From Bacteroidia bacterium (GTDB lineage: Bacteria; Bacteroidota; Bacteroidia; JABDFU01), in assembly GCA_016787005.1 (NCBI GenBank), contig JAEUTS010000295.1, positions 1 to 47,766 of the forward strand: DNA of 47,766 nucleotides, read 5' to 3'. Below the pieces are notes generated by a model. It saw nothing but the letters and a program-made list of their open reading frames with translations. It was not told where the DNA came from and made no database searches. Positions 8,870 to 17,557 of this stretch are shown here, piece by piece (positions within the stretch are counted from its first letter, which is position 1; every line of letters begins with the position of its first letter). The position numbers were made by a program, and so were the translations under genes.

Positions 8870-10021
8870 TTACTTTATTTCGAAATTGCGAATCAGGCTT
8901 CCGTCAGTCTGCCTGCAGAAAGTTCCATCCGGATTTTTTTTGAATAAAACAGTATTGGTGTAGGAATCAATAACAGAGTCTATTTCATCTTTGGTTAAAC
9001 CGGAATATGTTATAAAGTCGGCAACTGCCTTATGTGGGTATTTTCCGTCATATTTATTTATGAGTTCCAATCCTTTAGCCCGGGATAAACGTTTATTGCG
9101 GATATCAATACATACATGATCTGTAGCTCTGCCAAAACCATATTTTACATATTTTAGGTAATCGTGAAGGCCGACAAGTTTTTCATCCAGGTTTTCATAA
9201 TTCGTATAGGTGCCTTCAACTGGTCCATCCTCTTTTACTTTAAAACCATGTCTTTTCACTATTTCCAGTTGTTTTCGTGCATCCCAAAAAAAGTAATGTC
9301 CAAGAAAAATTCCGATAACACCAAGTTTTTTTATTTCCTCATCGGAAGGATAAAAATAGGGAGTAAGTTCCTTTTCAGTAATATCGTCAACACCGATCAT
9401 GTCCTGTATCCTGTATCCCAATAATCCACCAAACTCTTCGAGCCATTTTCGATTAATCACATTATTTTGAAAGGTTTCTAAGGGTCCGCCATATTCGAGT
9501 TCAGGATTTTCTCCCCACACTACTAATTTAATACCAAACTTTAGGGCGATCATGGTAGGTATGGTAAATATTCCAACATGGTTTGGCCACATTTCATCCC
9601 CAACTCGTTTAAATCCTTCAATGACCATTTTTTTGTAAACCTGGTGATTTTTTTTAAAATGGATAAGATCCATACCCATCTCGCATAAATTATCAAGATT
9701 CTGCTGGCCTATATCAGTAATTGCTGTTGTTTCGAAACATACCAGCAATGGATTGAGTCCGCAAACATACTTCATAAAATAGGCCTGGTAAGTACTGTCT
9801 TTTCCTCCACTTACAGGGATAAGGCAGTCATACCCGATTTCACCCTGAGGAAGTTTCAGTTTGTTGACTATCTCGTAAAAATCTTTTTCCCGCTGTTTCC
9901 AGTCAATTCCCCTGTTTTTATGTTCTGCCCCAATGCAGGCGCTGCAAACCCCATTTTCATCGAAATGAAGATCTGGTTTGGTTTCGGGGTAGAAGCATTT
10001 TGTACAATATTTTATTTCCAT
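8870..10021 (-). CDS. N-acetyl-sugar amidotransferase, PP-loop ATP-pyrophosphatase (WbuX/PseA type)
   Basis: N-terminal Cys cluster (CTKCFYPETKP...CSAC) and PP-loop IPVSGGKDSTYQ. Immediately upstream of the HisH/HisF paralogues, as in acetimidoyl-sugar loci. Confidence 0.8.
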   Translation of the reverse strand: MEIKYCTKCFYPETKPDLHFDENGVCSACIGAEHKNRGIDWKQREKDFYEIVNKLKLPQGEIGYDCLIPVSGGKDSTYQAYFMKYVCGLNPLLVCFETTAITDIGQQNLDNLCEMGMDLIHFKKNHQVYKKMVIEGFKRVGDEMWPNHVGIFTIPTMIALKFGIKLVVWGENPELEYGGPLETFQNNVINRKWLEEFGGLLGYRIQDMIGVDDITEKELTPYFYPSDEEIKKLGVIGIFLGHYFFWDARKQLEIVKRHGFKVKEDGPVEGTYTNYENLDEKLVGLHDYLKYVKYGFGRATDHVCIDIRNKRLSRAKGLELINKYDGKYPHKAVADFITYSGLTKDEIDSVIDSYTNTVLFKKNPDGTFCRQTDGSLIRNFEIK

Positions 10022-10030
10022 ATCTTCTTC

Positions 10031-10669
10031 TTATTTCTCAAGCAAATACATACAGTCTTTATTGTCGTTATGAAGATACTTGTAAAATTCTTTTTTCATG
10101 AGTTTAAGTTGCGGAAATAAACTTTGAAAAATTCCGGCAAAGTCTGCTTTCCACAAAAAATCTTTATTCCCTCTATAATCTATAGCAGATGTTTTTTCAT
10201 CATAATATTCAAAGCCCCATATATATTTTTTGCTGCAACGTACCATTTCCGACATAATTAACTTATGATTTTCGGGAGCAATGTGAATTAAAACACCTGA
10301 TGTAAAGACAAGATCAAAATAGGAATCTTTAAAAGGGATATCATATCCCGAACCTTGTAGGATGTTTATATTTTTGGTGTGTTGCTTGGCAATTTCAACA
10401 GCATCTTGCTGAAGTTCAATTCCATAAAGGTTTTCAAAGCCCATTCGTTGAAGCCCGCTAAGCTGTAAACCAATGTTTGATCCCACTTCAAGTATTTTAA
10501 TGTTTTTAGGCAGTTCACCAATGAATTGTTTATTCATTTCAGGTTTTGTAATACCCCAGGTGTTAAGGTAAGTCTGATCCCATGCAGAGGGGTCAAATGT
10601 ATTTCTATGAGTGTATTCGCGACCAAATTCCCCTTTCCAGAACTCTGATTGTTTATTTAACATATTCAT
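10031..10669 (-). CDS. Class-I SAM methyltransferase (pseudaminic-acid-biosynthesis-associated methylase type)
   Basis: FWKGEFGREYTHRN N-terminus and motif I ILEVGSNIGLQL. First gene of the Pse operon. Confidence 0.65.
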   Translation of the reverse strand: MNMLNKQSEFWKGEFGREYTHRNTFDPSAWDQTYLNTWGITKPEMNKQFIGELPKNIKILEVGSNIGLQLSGLQRMGFENLYGIELQQDAVEIAKQHTKNINILQGSGYDIPFKDSYFDLVFTSGVLIHIAPENHKLIMSEMVRCSKKYIWGFEYYDEKTSAIDYRGNKDFLWKADFAGIFQSLFPQLKLMKKEFYKYLHNDNKDCMYLLEK

Positions 10670-10783
10670 TTATTTGTGAAAGATATATTCAGGTGTTTAA
10701 TGTTTTTATTCAATAATGATAGTTTTAAAACAAAATCGAAAAAGGACTAATAGTTAGGTTAATCGAATCTATTTAGGCAAAAC

Positions 10784-10802
10784 AAAATATTCACAAATAT
10801 AA
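10784..10802 (-). promoter_or_regulatory. Candidate promoter of the Pse operon (TAtaTTTG -7 box inside a 19-nt block shared with the divergent promoter)
   Basis: The minus strand reads ttatatttgtgaatatttt. The -7 box is at 10794-10801. About 125 nt upstream of the ATG at 10669. Confidence 0.4.
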
Positions 10803-11032
10803 CGTAATTACTATTCTGAAGCGTTTTTTTTGATCATAAATTTTGGCTTCATTGTATAATCTATTTTATACAAGGTGTGTTCGGGAAAGAAAATTATCGT
10901 GTTTGGAAATATGTAGCTTCATAGATTTAGTTTTTGTTTGTCAGATAAGGTTTTTCTGTGCAAATTTTGTTTTTATTGGATTTGACTTGTATCAAAGATT
11001 ATGATTCTAATGTATTTTAATGCACGATAAGA

Positions 11033-11051
11033 TTATATTTGTGAGTAGTTT
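11033..11051 (+). promoter_or_regulatory. Candidate promoter of the plus-strand glycan operon (TAtaTTTG -7 box)
   Basis: ttatatttgtgagtagttt is 17/19 identical to the inverted copy at 10784-10802. The -7 box is at 11034-11041. About 160 nt upstream of the ATG at 11205. Confidence 0.4.
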
Positions 11052-11204
11052 TGTGTTTTGTATGAATGTTAGTCATGGATGGCAATAATTAAATTAATCA
11101 GAATAAGTACCTTGTATTTTTCTTTAAGAGGCTTTGTGTTTTTGATGTTTCGAATACTTTCAACAGATAAACCCGTCCATGAAAATTAGATAATCGGGGA
11201 GCAT

Positions 11205-11909
11205 ATGAATATAAAGATAAAAAATCAGCATTCTTTATCACTTATAATACCTGCCTATAATGAAGAGGAAAGCATTGAAGCGGCTGTACTTGTCAATATT
11301 GAAGTATTACAAAGGGCTGAAATTGAATTTGAAATTATTATTATTGACGACGGAAGTAAGGATAAAACGAAAGGGATTATAGAGGAAAAGTTCGCCGGTA
11401 AACCCAATTTGATTTTCTTTTCCAAACCCAATGGTGGTTTTGGTAGTGCAGTCAGAAAAGGAATAGAACTATCTTCACGTGATTATGTGATGTTTGTTCC
11501 GGTTGATAGTCCTTTGAACGAAAATACACTTAGTTCATTTCTTATGCATGCAAACAAAGCTGACATTATAGTTAGTTATCGAATGGAAAGAAAAGGGTAT
11601 TCAAATAGAATGAAGGTAAATTCTTCAATTTATCATAAATTGATTTCATTTTTATTTGGCTTATCTCTAAAGGATTATAATTGGATACATCTGTATAACA
11701 GAAAAATTTTCGATAAAATAACTATTGAGAACGGGAGAATTTTTATGCTTGCTGAGGTTTTGATCAAAGCAAAACGTTTAGGGTATACGTTTTATGAATT
11801 TCCGATTGAAATGGAGGAGCGGACATCGGGAGACAGAACGGCGGCCTCGTATAAAGCTGCATTACAAACATTTTTTGATACAATTAGATTTTTTTTTAAA
11901 AGAAAATAG
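11205..11909 (+). CDS. GT2-family glycosyltransferase, polyprenyl-phosphate sugar synthase type (ArnC/DPM1-like)
   Basis: [14 protein letters not shown]...[11 protein letters not shown]...VPVDSP. Its size (234 aa) fits the ArnC/GtrB/DPM1-like subgroup. Confidence 0.8.
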   Translation: MNIKIKNQHSLSLIIPAYNEEESIEAAVLVNIEVLQRAEIEFEIIIIDDGSKDKTKGIIEEKFAGKPNLIFFSKPNGGFGSAVRKGIELSSRDYVMFVPVDSPLNENTLSSFLMHANKADIIVSYRMERKGYSNRMKVNSSIYHKLISFLFGLSLKDYNWIHLYNRKIFDKITIENGRIFMLAEVLIKAKRLGYTFYEFPIEMEERTSGDRTAASYKAALQTFFDTIRFFFKRK

Positions 11910-11911
11910 AA

Positions 11912-13018
11912 ATGAAAATTCAATTTGTTGATATACAGCGACAGTATAGAAATTATAAAGGAGAGTTGCTTACTGCTATTGAGAGGGTTTTAGAGAATGG
12001 AAATTTCATCATGGGCAGTGAAGTTCAGCAGTTTGAAAAAGAATTTGCAGTCTATAATGGTTGTAAATATGCAATTGGAGTGGATTCCGGTACCTCGGCG
12101 TTGGAGTTATCTGTTCTAGCGATTGGGATTAAGGAAAGTGATGAAGTAATTACAGTTCCCAATAGTTTTGTTTCTACTGCATTTTCAATTTCGGAAGCTG
12201 GTGCAAATGTAAAATTTGTAGATGTTGATGAAAGAACTCAGCTTATGAATATTTCCCTAATAGAAAATGCGATCACTAAGAAAACGAAGGCAATTATTCC
12301 TGTTCATCTTTGTGGACAAATGGTCAACATGCCCCCATTATTGGAAATTGCAAAAAAATATAATTTAAAGATTGTTGAAGATGCATGCCAGGCACATGGG
12401 GCATTGCAAAATGGTAAAAGAGCCGGAACGATTGGGGACTTAGGTTGTTTTAGTTTTTATCCGGGGAAAAATCTAGGAGCTTATGGAGATGCAGGAGCAA
12501 TTACTACGAATGATGAATTACTATACAATAAATTGACCCTATTAAGAAATTATGGATCTTCGAAAAAATATTATCATGAATTCAAAGGAAGAAACGCAAG
12601 GTTAGATACAATACAGGCCGCAGTTCTGAATGTTAAGCTAAAGTACCTAGAGGCATGGAATAAGAGAAGAAATGAGTTGGCTCAATTATATATGAAAGGT
12701 TTGCAAAATGTTGGTGATTTAACCTTGCCATTTATTGAAAAGGATAATTTCTCAAACTTTCACTTATTTCCTGTCAGAACAAAAAAGAGAGATTTACTGT
12801 TTGATTTTCTTACAAGTCAGGACATCCAGGTTGTTATTCATTATCCAATCCCAATACATTTGCAAAATGCGTATGATGAATTAAAACTGAAAAGGGGAGT
12901 TTTTCCCGTAACAGAAATGTTGGCCGATGAATCTATTTCATTGCCAATTCATCCCGAAATGACTGAAGACGAAGTTGATTTCGTAATAACTAAGACCAGG
13001 GAATTTTTTAATCAGTGA
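11912..13018 (+). CDS. DegT/DnrJ/EryC1/StrS-family NDP-sugar aminotransferase (ArnB/FdtB-like)
   Basis: [42 protein letters not shown]...[15 protein letters not shown] (catalytic Lys context). Confidence 0.85.
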   Translation: MKIQFVDIQRQYRNYKGELLTAIERVLENGNFIMGSEVQQFEKEFAVYNGCKYAIGVDSGTSALELSVLAIGIKESDEVITVPNSFVSTAFSISEAGANVKFVDVDERTQLMNISLIENAITKKTKAIIPVHLCGQMVNMPPLLEIAKKYNLKIVEDACQAHGALQNGKRAGTIGDLGCFSFYPGKNLGAYGDAGAITTNDELLYNKLTLLRNYGSSKKYYHEFKGRNARLDTIQAAVLNVKLKYLEAWNKRRNELAQLYMKGLQNVGDLTLPFIEKDNFSNFHLFPVRTKKRDLLFDFLTSQDIQVVIHYPIPIHLQNAYDELKLKRGVFPVTEMLADESISLPIHPEMTEDEVDFVITKTREFFNQ

Positions 13019-13137
13019 TTTGTGAAAATAATGAGATATTACAACTTGGCTAGTTTGAATAGGATGGTAGTGAGGACTGGCGGTTTTTGGGTCATTTTTT
13101 TTAGGTGTTTGATCAATAAAATGTAAATTATATATGA

Positions 13138-13650
13138 ATGAATATAATTAAATCAATATTGCCGGCAGATATAGAGCTCGGCAGCTTTGTTATTATCCAG
13201 GAAAATGTAAGTATTGGATCGGGTGTTAAGGTTTGCAGCCATGTTAATTTATATGGATGCACTATTTCTGATAGTTGTATGATTGGACCTTTTGTTGAAA
13301 TTCAGAATGATGTATTTATAGGCCAACGAACCCGGATAAGTTCTCATACTTTTGTTTGCTCGCATGTTAATTTTGAAGTTGATTGTTTTATTGGGCATGG
13401 GGTTACATTTATCAACGATACTTTTAGTAATGACAAAGTGAATTATAATTCTAAAAACCTGGGAAGGACATATATTGGGAAGAATGTAATAATTGGTTCG
13501 AATGCTACAATTTTTCCGGTTAAGATCGCGGATAATTGTATTATAGGAGCAGGATCGGTTGTGACAAAGGATGTTCCTGAAAATGCGGTTGTCGCTGGGA
13601 ATCCGGCAAAAATAATCAGGTATAGAGGCGCGACAATAGATAAAAAATAA
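13138..13650 (+). CDS. Left-handed beta-helix (hexapeptide-repeat) sugar N-acetyltransferase
   Basis: Repeated [LIV]-G-x4 hexapeptides (IGSGVKV, IGPFVEI, IGKNVIIGSNATI, IGAGSVV) ending in VVAGNPAKII. Confidence 0.8.
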   Translation: MNIIKSILPADIELGSFVIIQENVSIGSGVKVCSHVNLYGCTISDSCMIGPFVEIQNDVFIGQRTRISSHTFVCSHVNFEVDCFIGHGVTFINDTFSNDKVNYNSKNLGRTYIGKNVIIGSNATIFPVKIADNCIIGAGSVVTKDVPENAVVAGNPAKIIRYRGATIDKK

Positions 13651-13661
13651 ATTATTAAAGC

Positions 13662-14393
13662 GTGAGTAATTATATACCAAACCTAAAAGCTCTTTTTGTA
13701 AATCCATATTATATAATTCGCAGGGGGCTGTATTATAATATTAAAGATCTCGCCCCATCTCTTACCGGTCGTTTGCTGGATTTTGGTTGTGGTTCAAAAC
13801 CGTATAAACATTTTTTTTCAGTCGCTGAATATATTGGTGTTGATATGGTTAACCCGGCATATACAAAGCAGAGTGAAAATATTGATTATTTTATTAAGGA
13901 CGGGAAAATACCTTTTCCTGATAACTATTTTGATTCGGTTTTGTGTACAGAAGTTTTGGAACACGTATTTTCAATAGACGAAGTTTTAACAGAAATATCC
14001 AGGGTTTTAAAACCTAATGGAAGATTTTTAATTACTCTTCCTTTTGTATGGGAGGAACATGAGATGCCATATGATTTTGCCAGGTATTCTTCCGTTGCAC
14101 TAATTACTATTTTGAGGAAGCATGGTTTTGAGGTTATTGAACACAGGAAAATCGGTAACTCATTCGAAACTATTTACCAGTTGAAAGTTATGGAAGTTTA
14201 TTATTGGCTTGTTCGTTGTATATCTAATATTTTCATTAGGAAAAAAATTGGTCTTATCCTTATTCCGCTGTATAATTTAAGGGCTATAATTATGGGGAAA
14301 TTATTCTCTAAGAATAATCCTAATTTATATCTGAACAATGTAATTTTATCTTCCAAAATTGGCAATCTCTCAAAGGAAGTCTCTAAACGATAG
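13662..14393 (+). CDS. Class-I SAM-dependent methyltransferase
   Basis: Motif I LLDFGCGSKPY, post-I GVDM, and VLCTEVLEHV...LKPNGRFLIT. Confidence 0.75.
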   Translation: MSNYIPNLKALFVNPYYIIRRGLYYNIKDLAPSLTGRLLDFGCGSKPYKHFFSVAEYIGVDMVNPAYTKQSENIDYFIKDGKIPFPDNYFDSVLCTEVLEHVFSIDEVLTEISRVLKPNGRFLITLPFVWEEHEMPYDFARYSSVALITILRKHGFEVIEHRKIGNSFETIYQLKVMEVYYWLVRCISNIFIRKKIGLILIPLYNLRAIIMGKLFSKNNPNLYLNNVILSSKIGNLSKEVSKR

Positions 14394-14615
14394 GCCCTAT
14401 ACTAAAAATTCGCTAAAAACAAAGAACAGATCTACTCCGATCCAGCTTATGTTTTTAGTAAATTGAAAGAGAGGTTGGCGTCTTAATAAAACAAGAATTA
14501 TTGCCAAGCCCCTTAAAAAATCAAGTTCTCTAAGTCTATTATTCTGTAAAATCACAATTGCTTCGTGTAATAATTAACGAATATAATTAAGTTTTTTAAC
14601 GTAACTTCGACCCTT

Positions 14616-14623
14616 TAAATTTG
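14616..14623 (+). promoter_or_regulatory. Candidate internal -7 box TAaaTTTG
   Basis: taaatttg lies 50 nt upstream of the ATG at 14673, inside a 279-bp intra-cluster gap. Confidence 0.35.
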
Positions 14624-14672
14624 GTGTATTATATGTAATTGTATTTTTTTAATAATTAAGGTAACACAATCA

Positions 14673-15743
14673 ATGGATTCAAAATACGCATCGAAAATAA
14701 TTTCAGGTGATGTAAGTGATCTTGCGGGATCTTTAGCTGAATATAAAGAGAAGTTTGAGGGCAAATGTTTTTTAATAACAGGTGCCGGTGGTTTCCTGGG
14801 AAAGTATTTGGTTTATTTGCTACGGTATATGAATGAAAATATACTGACTAAACCTTGTAAAGGATTGTTTTTGGATAATTTTGTTATAGGTGATGAAGAA
14901 GAAATGGTTTCTGACGGCAATTTGATTTTTATCCGTCATAACGTAATTGAGCCGTTTGAAACAGATCAAAATATTGATTATATTATTCATGCGGCTGGTA
15001 TTGCCTCCCCGCTTTATTATACAAAATTTCCCATTGAGACAATGGATGTGACCACTATTGGTACAAGGAATATGTTAGAACTTGCACGGGCAAAAAATGT
15101 TAAAGGTTTTTTATTTACAAGTTCAAGTGAGGTTTACGGTGATCCTGATGATAAGTTTGTTCCAACTCCTGAAACTTACAACGGAAATGTATCTATTTAC
15201 GGCCCGAGAGCATGCTATGATGAATCAAAGCGTTTCGCTGAAATTCTATGCTTGAGTTTTTATAGGGTTTATGATGTACCCGTTAAAATTGTTCGCTATT
15301 TTAATGTATTTGGTCCCGGAATGCGATTAAATGATTACAGGGTGATACCAAATTTTATTGAACATGCACTAAGAAAGGAGGCCCTTACTATTCATGGTAA
15401 TGGTGAGAATACAAGATCATATTGCTACATAAATGATGCATTAGAGGCAACTTTAAAATTGCTTTTCTCAATTGTAAATGGTGAGGCATTTAATATAGGA
15501 AATCCCGCCCTTGAAATTTCTCTAAATGACCTGGGTAAGGCCGTTCAGGAGTTATTTGATTATCCTGTAAGAATAAATCATGTCCCTCCTCCTCATGCCG
15601 TTTATGCAAGTAGTGACCCTAAAAGGCGTTGTCCGGATATTTCGAAGATTCGTTCGGTTATTCAGTATAATCCCAGGTATGATCTTAAAAAGGGTTTGGG
15701 AAGAACAATTGATTGGTATAAGGAATTTTTAAAAATTTCATAA
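14673..15743 (+). CDS. Extended-SDR NAD-dependent UDP-glucuronate decarboxylase-like enzyme (UXS / ArnA C-domain-like)
   Basis: FLITGAGGFLGKYL, SSSEVYGDP and YDESKRFAE. The YDE[GS]KR form of YxxxK is typical of UXS-type decarboxylases. Confidence 0.75.
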   Translation: MDSKYASKIISGDVSDLAGSLAEYKEKFEGKCFLITGAGGFLGKYLVYLLRYMNENILTKPCKGLFLDNFVIGDEEEMVSDGNLIFIRHNVIEPFETDQNIDYIIHAAGIASPLYYTKFPIETMDVTTIGTRNMLELARAKNVKGFLFTSSSEVYGDPDDKFVPTPETYNGNVSIYGPRACYDESKRFAEILCLSFYRVYDVPVKIVRYFNVFGPGMRLNDYRVIPNFIEHALRKEALTIHGNGENTRSYCYINDALEATLKLLFSIVNGEAFNIGNPALEISLNDLGKAVQELFDYPVRINHVPPPHAVYASSDPKRRCPDISKIRSVIQYNPRYDLKKGLGRTIDWYKEFLKIS

Positions 15744-15758
15744 CGAAAAGTATATTTC

Positions 15759-16166
15759 ATGGAAACACTAAAACACATTGGTCCGGCATTTATTGATGAC
15801 AGAGGTGCAATTACAAATGTTTTTGAAGGAACGATAGAGCATATTGCCCTTATATCTTCAAAAAAAGGCACTGTCAGAGCGAATCATTTTCATAAGAACA
15901 TACATCAATATATTTATTTGGTAAGTGGCGCTTATGAGGCTCATTGTTGTGAAGTAAACAACCCGGGAAGGAAACAGGTTCTTAAAGTATTGCCGGGCGA
16001 TATTGTTGATACACCGCCAATGATTGCTCATGCTCAAAAATTTACGGAAGACTCCGTATTTATAGCCCTTTCAACCAGGAAGCGCTCGGAAGGGAAGTAT
16101 GAAGAGGACACTACTGCTTTTCCGGTTATTGAAGGCGGATATATCAATCAGCAATTGGTCAAATAG
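15759..16166 (+). CDS. Small cupin-fold sugar-nucleotide isomerase/epimerase (FdtA/WxcM/RmlC-related)
   Basis: 135 aa with FIDDRGAITNVFEG...VRANHFHK...YLVSG. Size and His pattern fit the cupins found in NDP-keto-sugar pathways. The exact activity is unknown. Confidence 0.55.
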   Translation: METLKHIGPAFIDDRGAITNVFEGTIEHIALISSKKGTVRANHFHKNIHQYIYLVSGAYEAHCCEVNNPGRKQVLKVLPGDIVDTPPMIAHAQKFTEDSVFIALSTRKRSEGKYEEDTTAFPVIEGGYINQQLVK

Positions 16167-16230
16167 CCGAATGGAATATAATAAATCTCCTTTTTTACTC
16201 CCTTTGCTCTATTTTATTTAAAACCAATAT

Positions 16231-17472
16231 ATGGAACAGTATAAAAAAATAGCATGTAGATATTGTGATGCTAAACTGCCAAATGCAATATTAGAATTGG
16301 GAAGTATGGCACTTGCAAATTCATTTTTGACTAAAGATCAGGAAAACGAAAAAGAATTTGAATGCCCCCTAAGTATTACGCGCTGTACGAATTGTGGTTT
16401 AGTTCAACTTACACATGTCGTACCGGCCGATTTGATGTTCTCTAACTATTTGTATGTAAGTTCCACTACTGCAACATTTAGAAAACATTTTGCAGATTAT
16501 GCCAGATCAATGAAAGAAAAGTCAATTAAGAAGGAGAATTTACTGGCTGTAGATATTGGAAGTAATGATGGACTGCTAGTTTCTTGTTTTATTAATGAAG
16601 GAATGAAAGCGGTTGGTGTTGAGCCGGCAAAGAATTTAAGTGATGATGCGAACAAAAGAGGAATTGAAACGATCAATCACTATTTTGATGAGAATACAGT
16701 CCAACAAATTATTAAAAAACATGGGAAAGCAGATATTATAACTGCTAATAATGTTTTCGCCCATATTGATAATAGTCAATCTGTTTGTAAAAATGCGTTT
16801 GACCTTATGAGTGATGATGGGATTTTTGTAATAGAATTTCCTTATCTCGTTACAATGGTAGATGAGATGCTTTTTGATATGATCTATCACGAACACCTTT
16901 CATTTATAGCATTGACACCCTTAAAATTCCTTCTTGCCAGATTTAAATTAGAGATATTTGATGTGGATATTGTTTCTTCACATGGTGGATCTTTAAGAGT
17001 TCAGATTCAAAAAATGGGAAGTAAGCATCCTATTTCAAAAAGAGTGGTTGATATGCTTAAGAGTGAACAATCGAGAGGCTTTAACGATCAGCCCATATAT
17101 CTTGATTTCGCAGAGAAAGTGTACCACGTGAAGAATAAGCTTGTAGGATTTGTAGATCAGGCAAAAAAGGAAGGAAAAACTATTAGCGGATATGGAGCAC
17201 CGGCTAAAGGTAATACACTTATTAACTTTTGTAAATTTACCCCACTTAAAATCGATTATATTGTGGATGACAATCCATTAAAGCAAAATATGCTATCGCC
17301 CGGAGCAAAGATACCCGTTGTTCCCAGTTCTTATCTTAATGACCACCCAACTGATTACGTAATTATATTTGCCTGGAATTTTGCTAAGGAGATAATTGAA
17401 AAATTACAACATTTAAAAAACAAGGGGGTAAAGTTTATTGTGCCTTTGCCTGAACCAACAATTGTGAGTTAA
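16231..17472 (+). CDS. NDP-keto-sugar C-methyltransferase family protein (Zn-ribbon + class-I MT + C-terminal C-methyltransferase domain)
   Basis: N-terminal CRYCDAKL...CTNCGLVQL Zn ribbon, then VDIGSNDG (motif I), then a C-terminal SGYGAPAKGNTLINF. This is the architecture of TylC3/CoqB-type sugar C-methyltransferases. Confidence 0.7.
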   Translation: MEQYKKIACRYCDAKLPNAILELGSMALANSFLTKDQENEKEFECPLSITRCTNCGLVQLTHVVPADLMFSNYLYVSSTTATFRKHFADYARSMKEKSIKKENLLAVDIGSNDGLLVSCFINEGMKAVGVEPAKNLSDDANKRGIETINHYFDENTVQQIIKKHGKADIITANNVFAHIDNSQSVCKNAFDLMSDDGIFVIEFPYLVTMVDEMLFDMIYHEHLSFIALTPLKFLLARFKLEIFDVDIVSSHGGSLRVQIQKMGSKHPISKRVVDMLKSEQSRGFNDQPIYLDFAEKVYHVKNKLVGFVDQAKKEGKTISGYGAPAKGNTLINFCKFTPLKIDYIVDDNPLKQNMLSPGAKIPVVPSSYLNDHPTDYVIIFAWNFAKEIIEKLQHLKNKGVKFIVPLPEPTIVS

Positions 17473-17557
17473 TATAATTGTGTTGAATTGCCCAGATTTT
17501 TAATTCCAAAGTGTCTAGATTGTAGAAATCAATAGTTTCAGACATATTTTCCAAACG

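Noticed and set aside
10784-11051. Invertible (phase-variable) promoter flanked by inverted repeats, as in Bacteroides capsule loci
   Set aside because: The promoter-like boxes are inside the repeats and face outward, so inverting the 230-bp spacer would not switch them. No invertase or recombinase gene is in the window. I kept this only as an alternative to test under the divergent-promoter finding.
13249-13707. 152-aa minus-strand ORF opposite the hexapeptide acetyltransferase
   Set aside because: The sense strand shows regular hexapeptide repeats typical of a real LbH enzyme. The antisense product has no pattern. The same reasoning applies to the other short intragenic ORFs in the track (for example 1620-1871, 2172-2454, 6668-7021, 9164-9424, 29326-29688).
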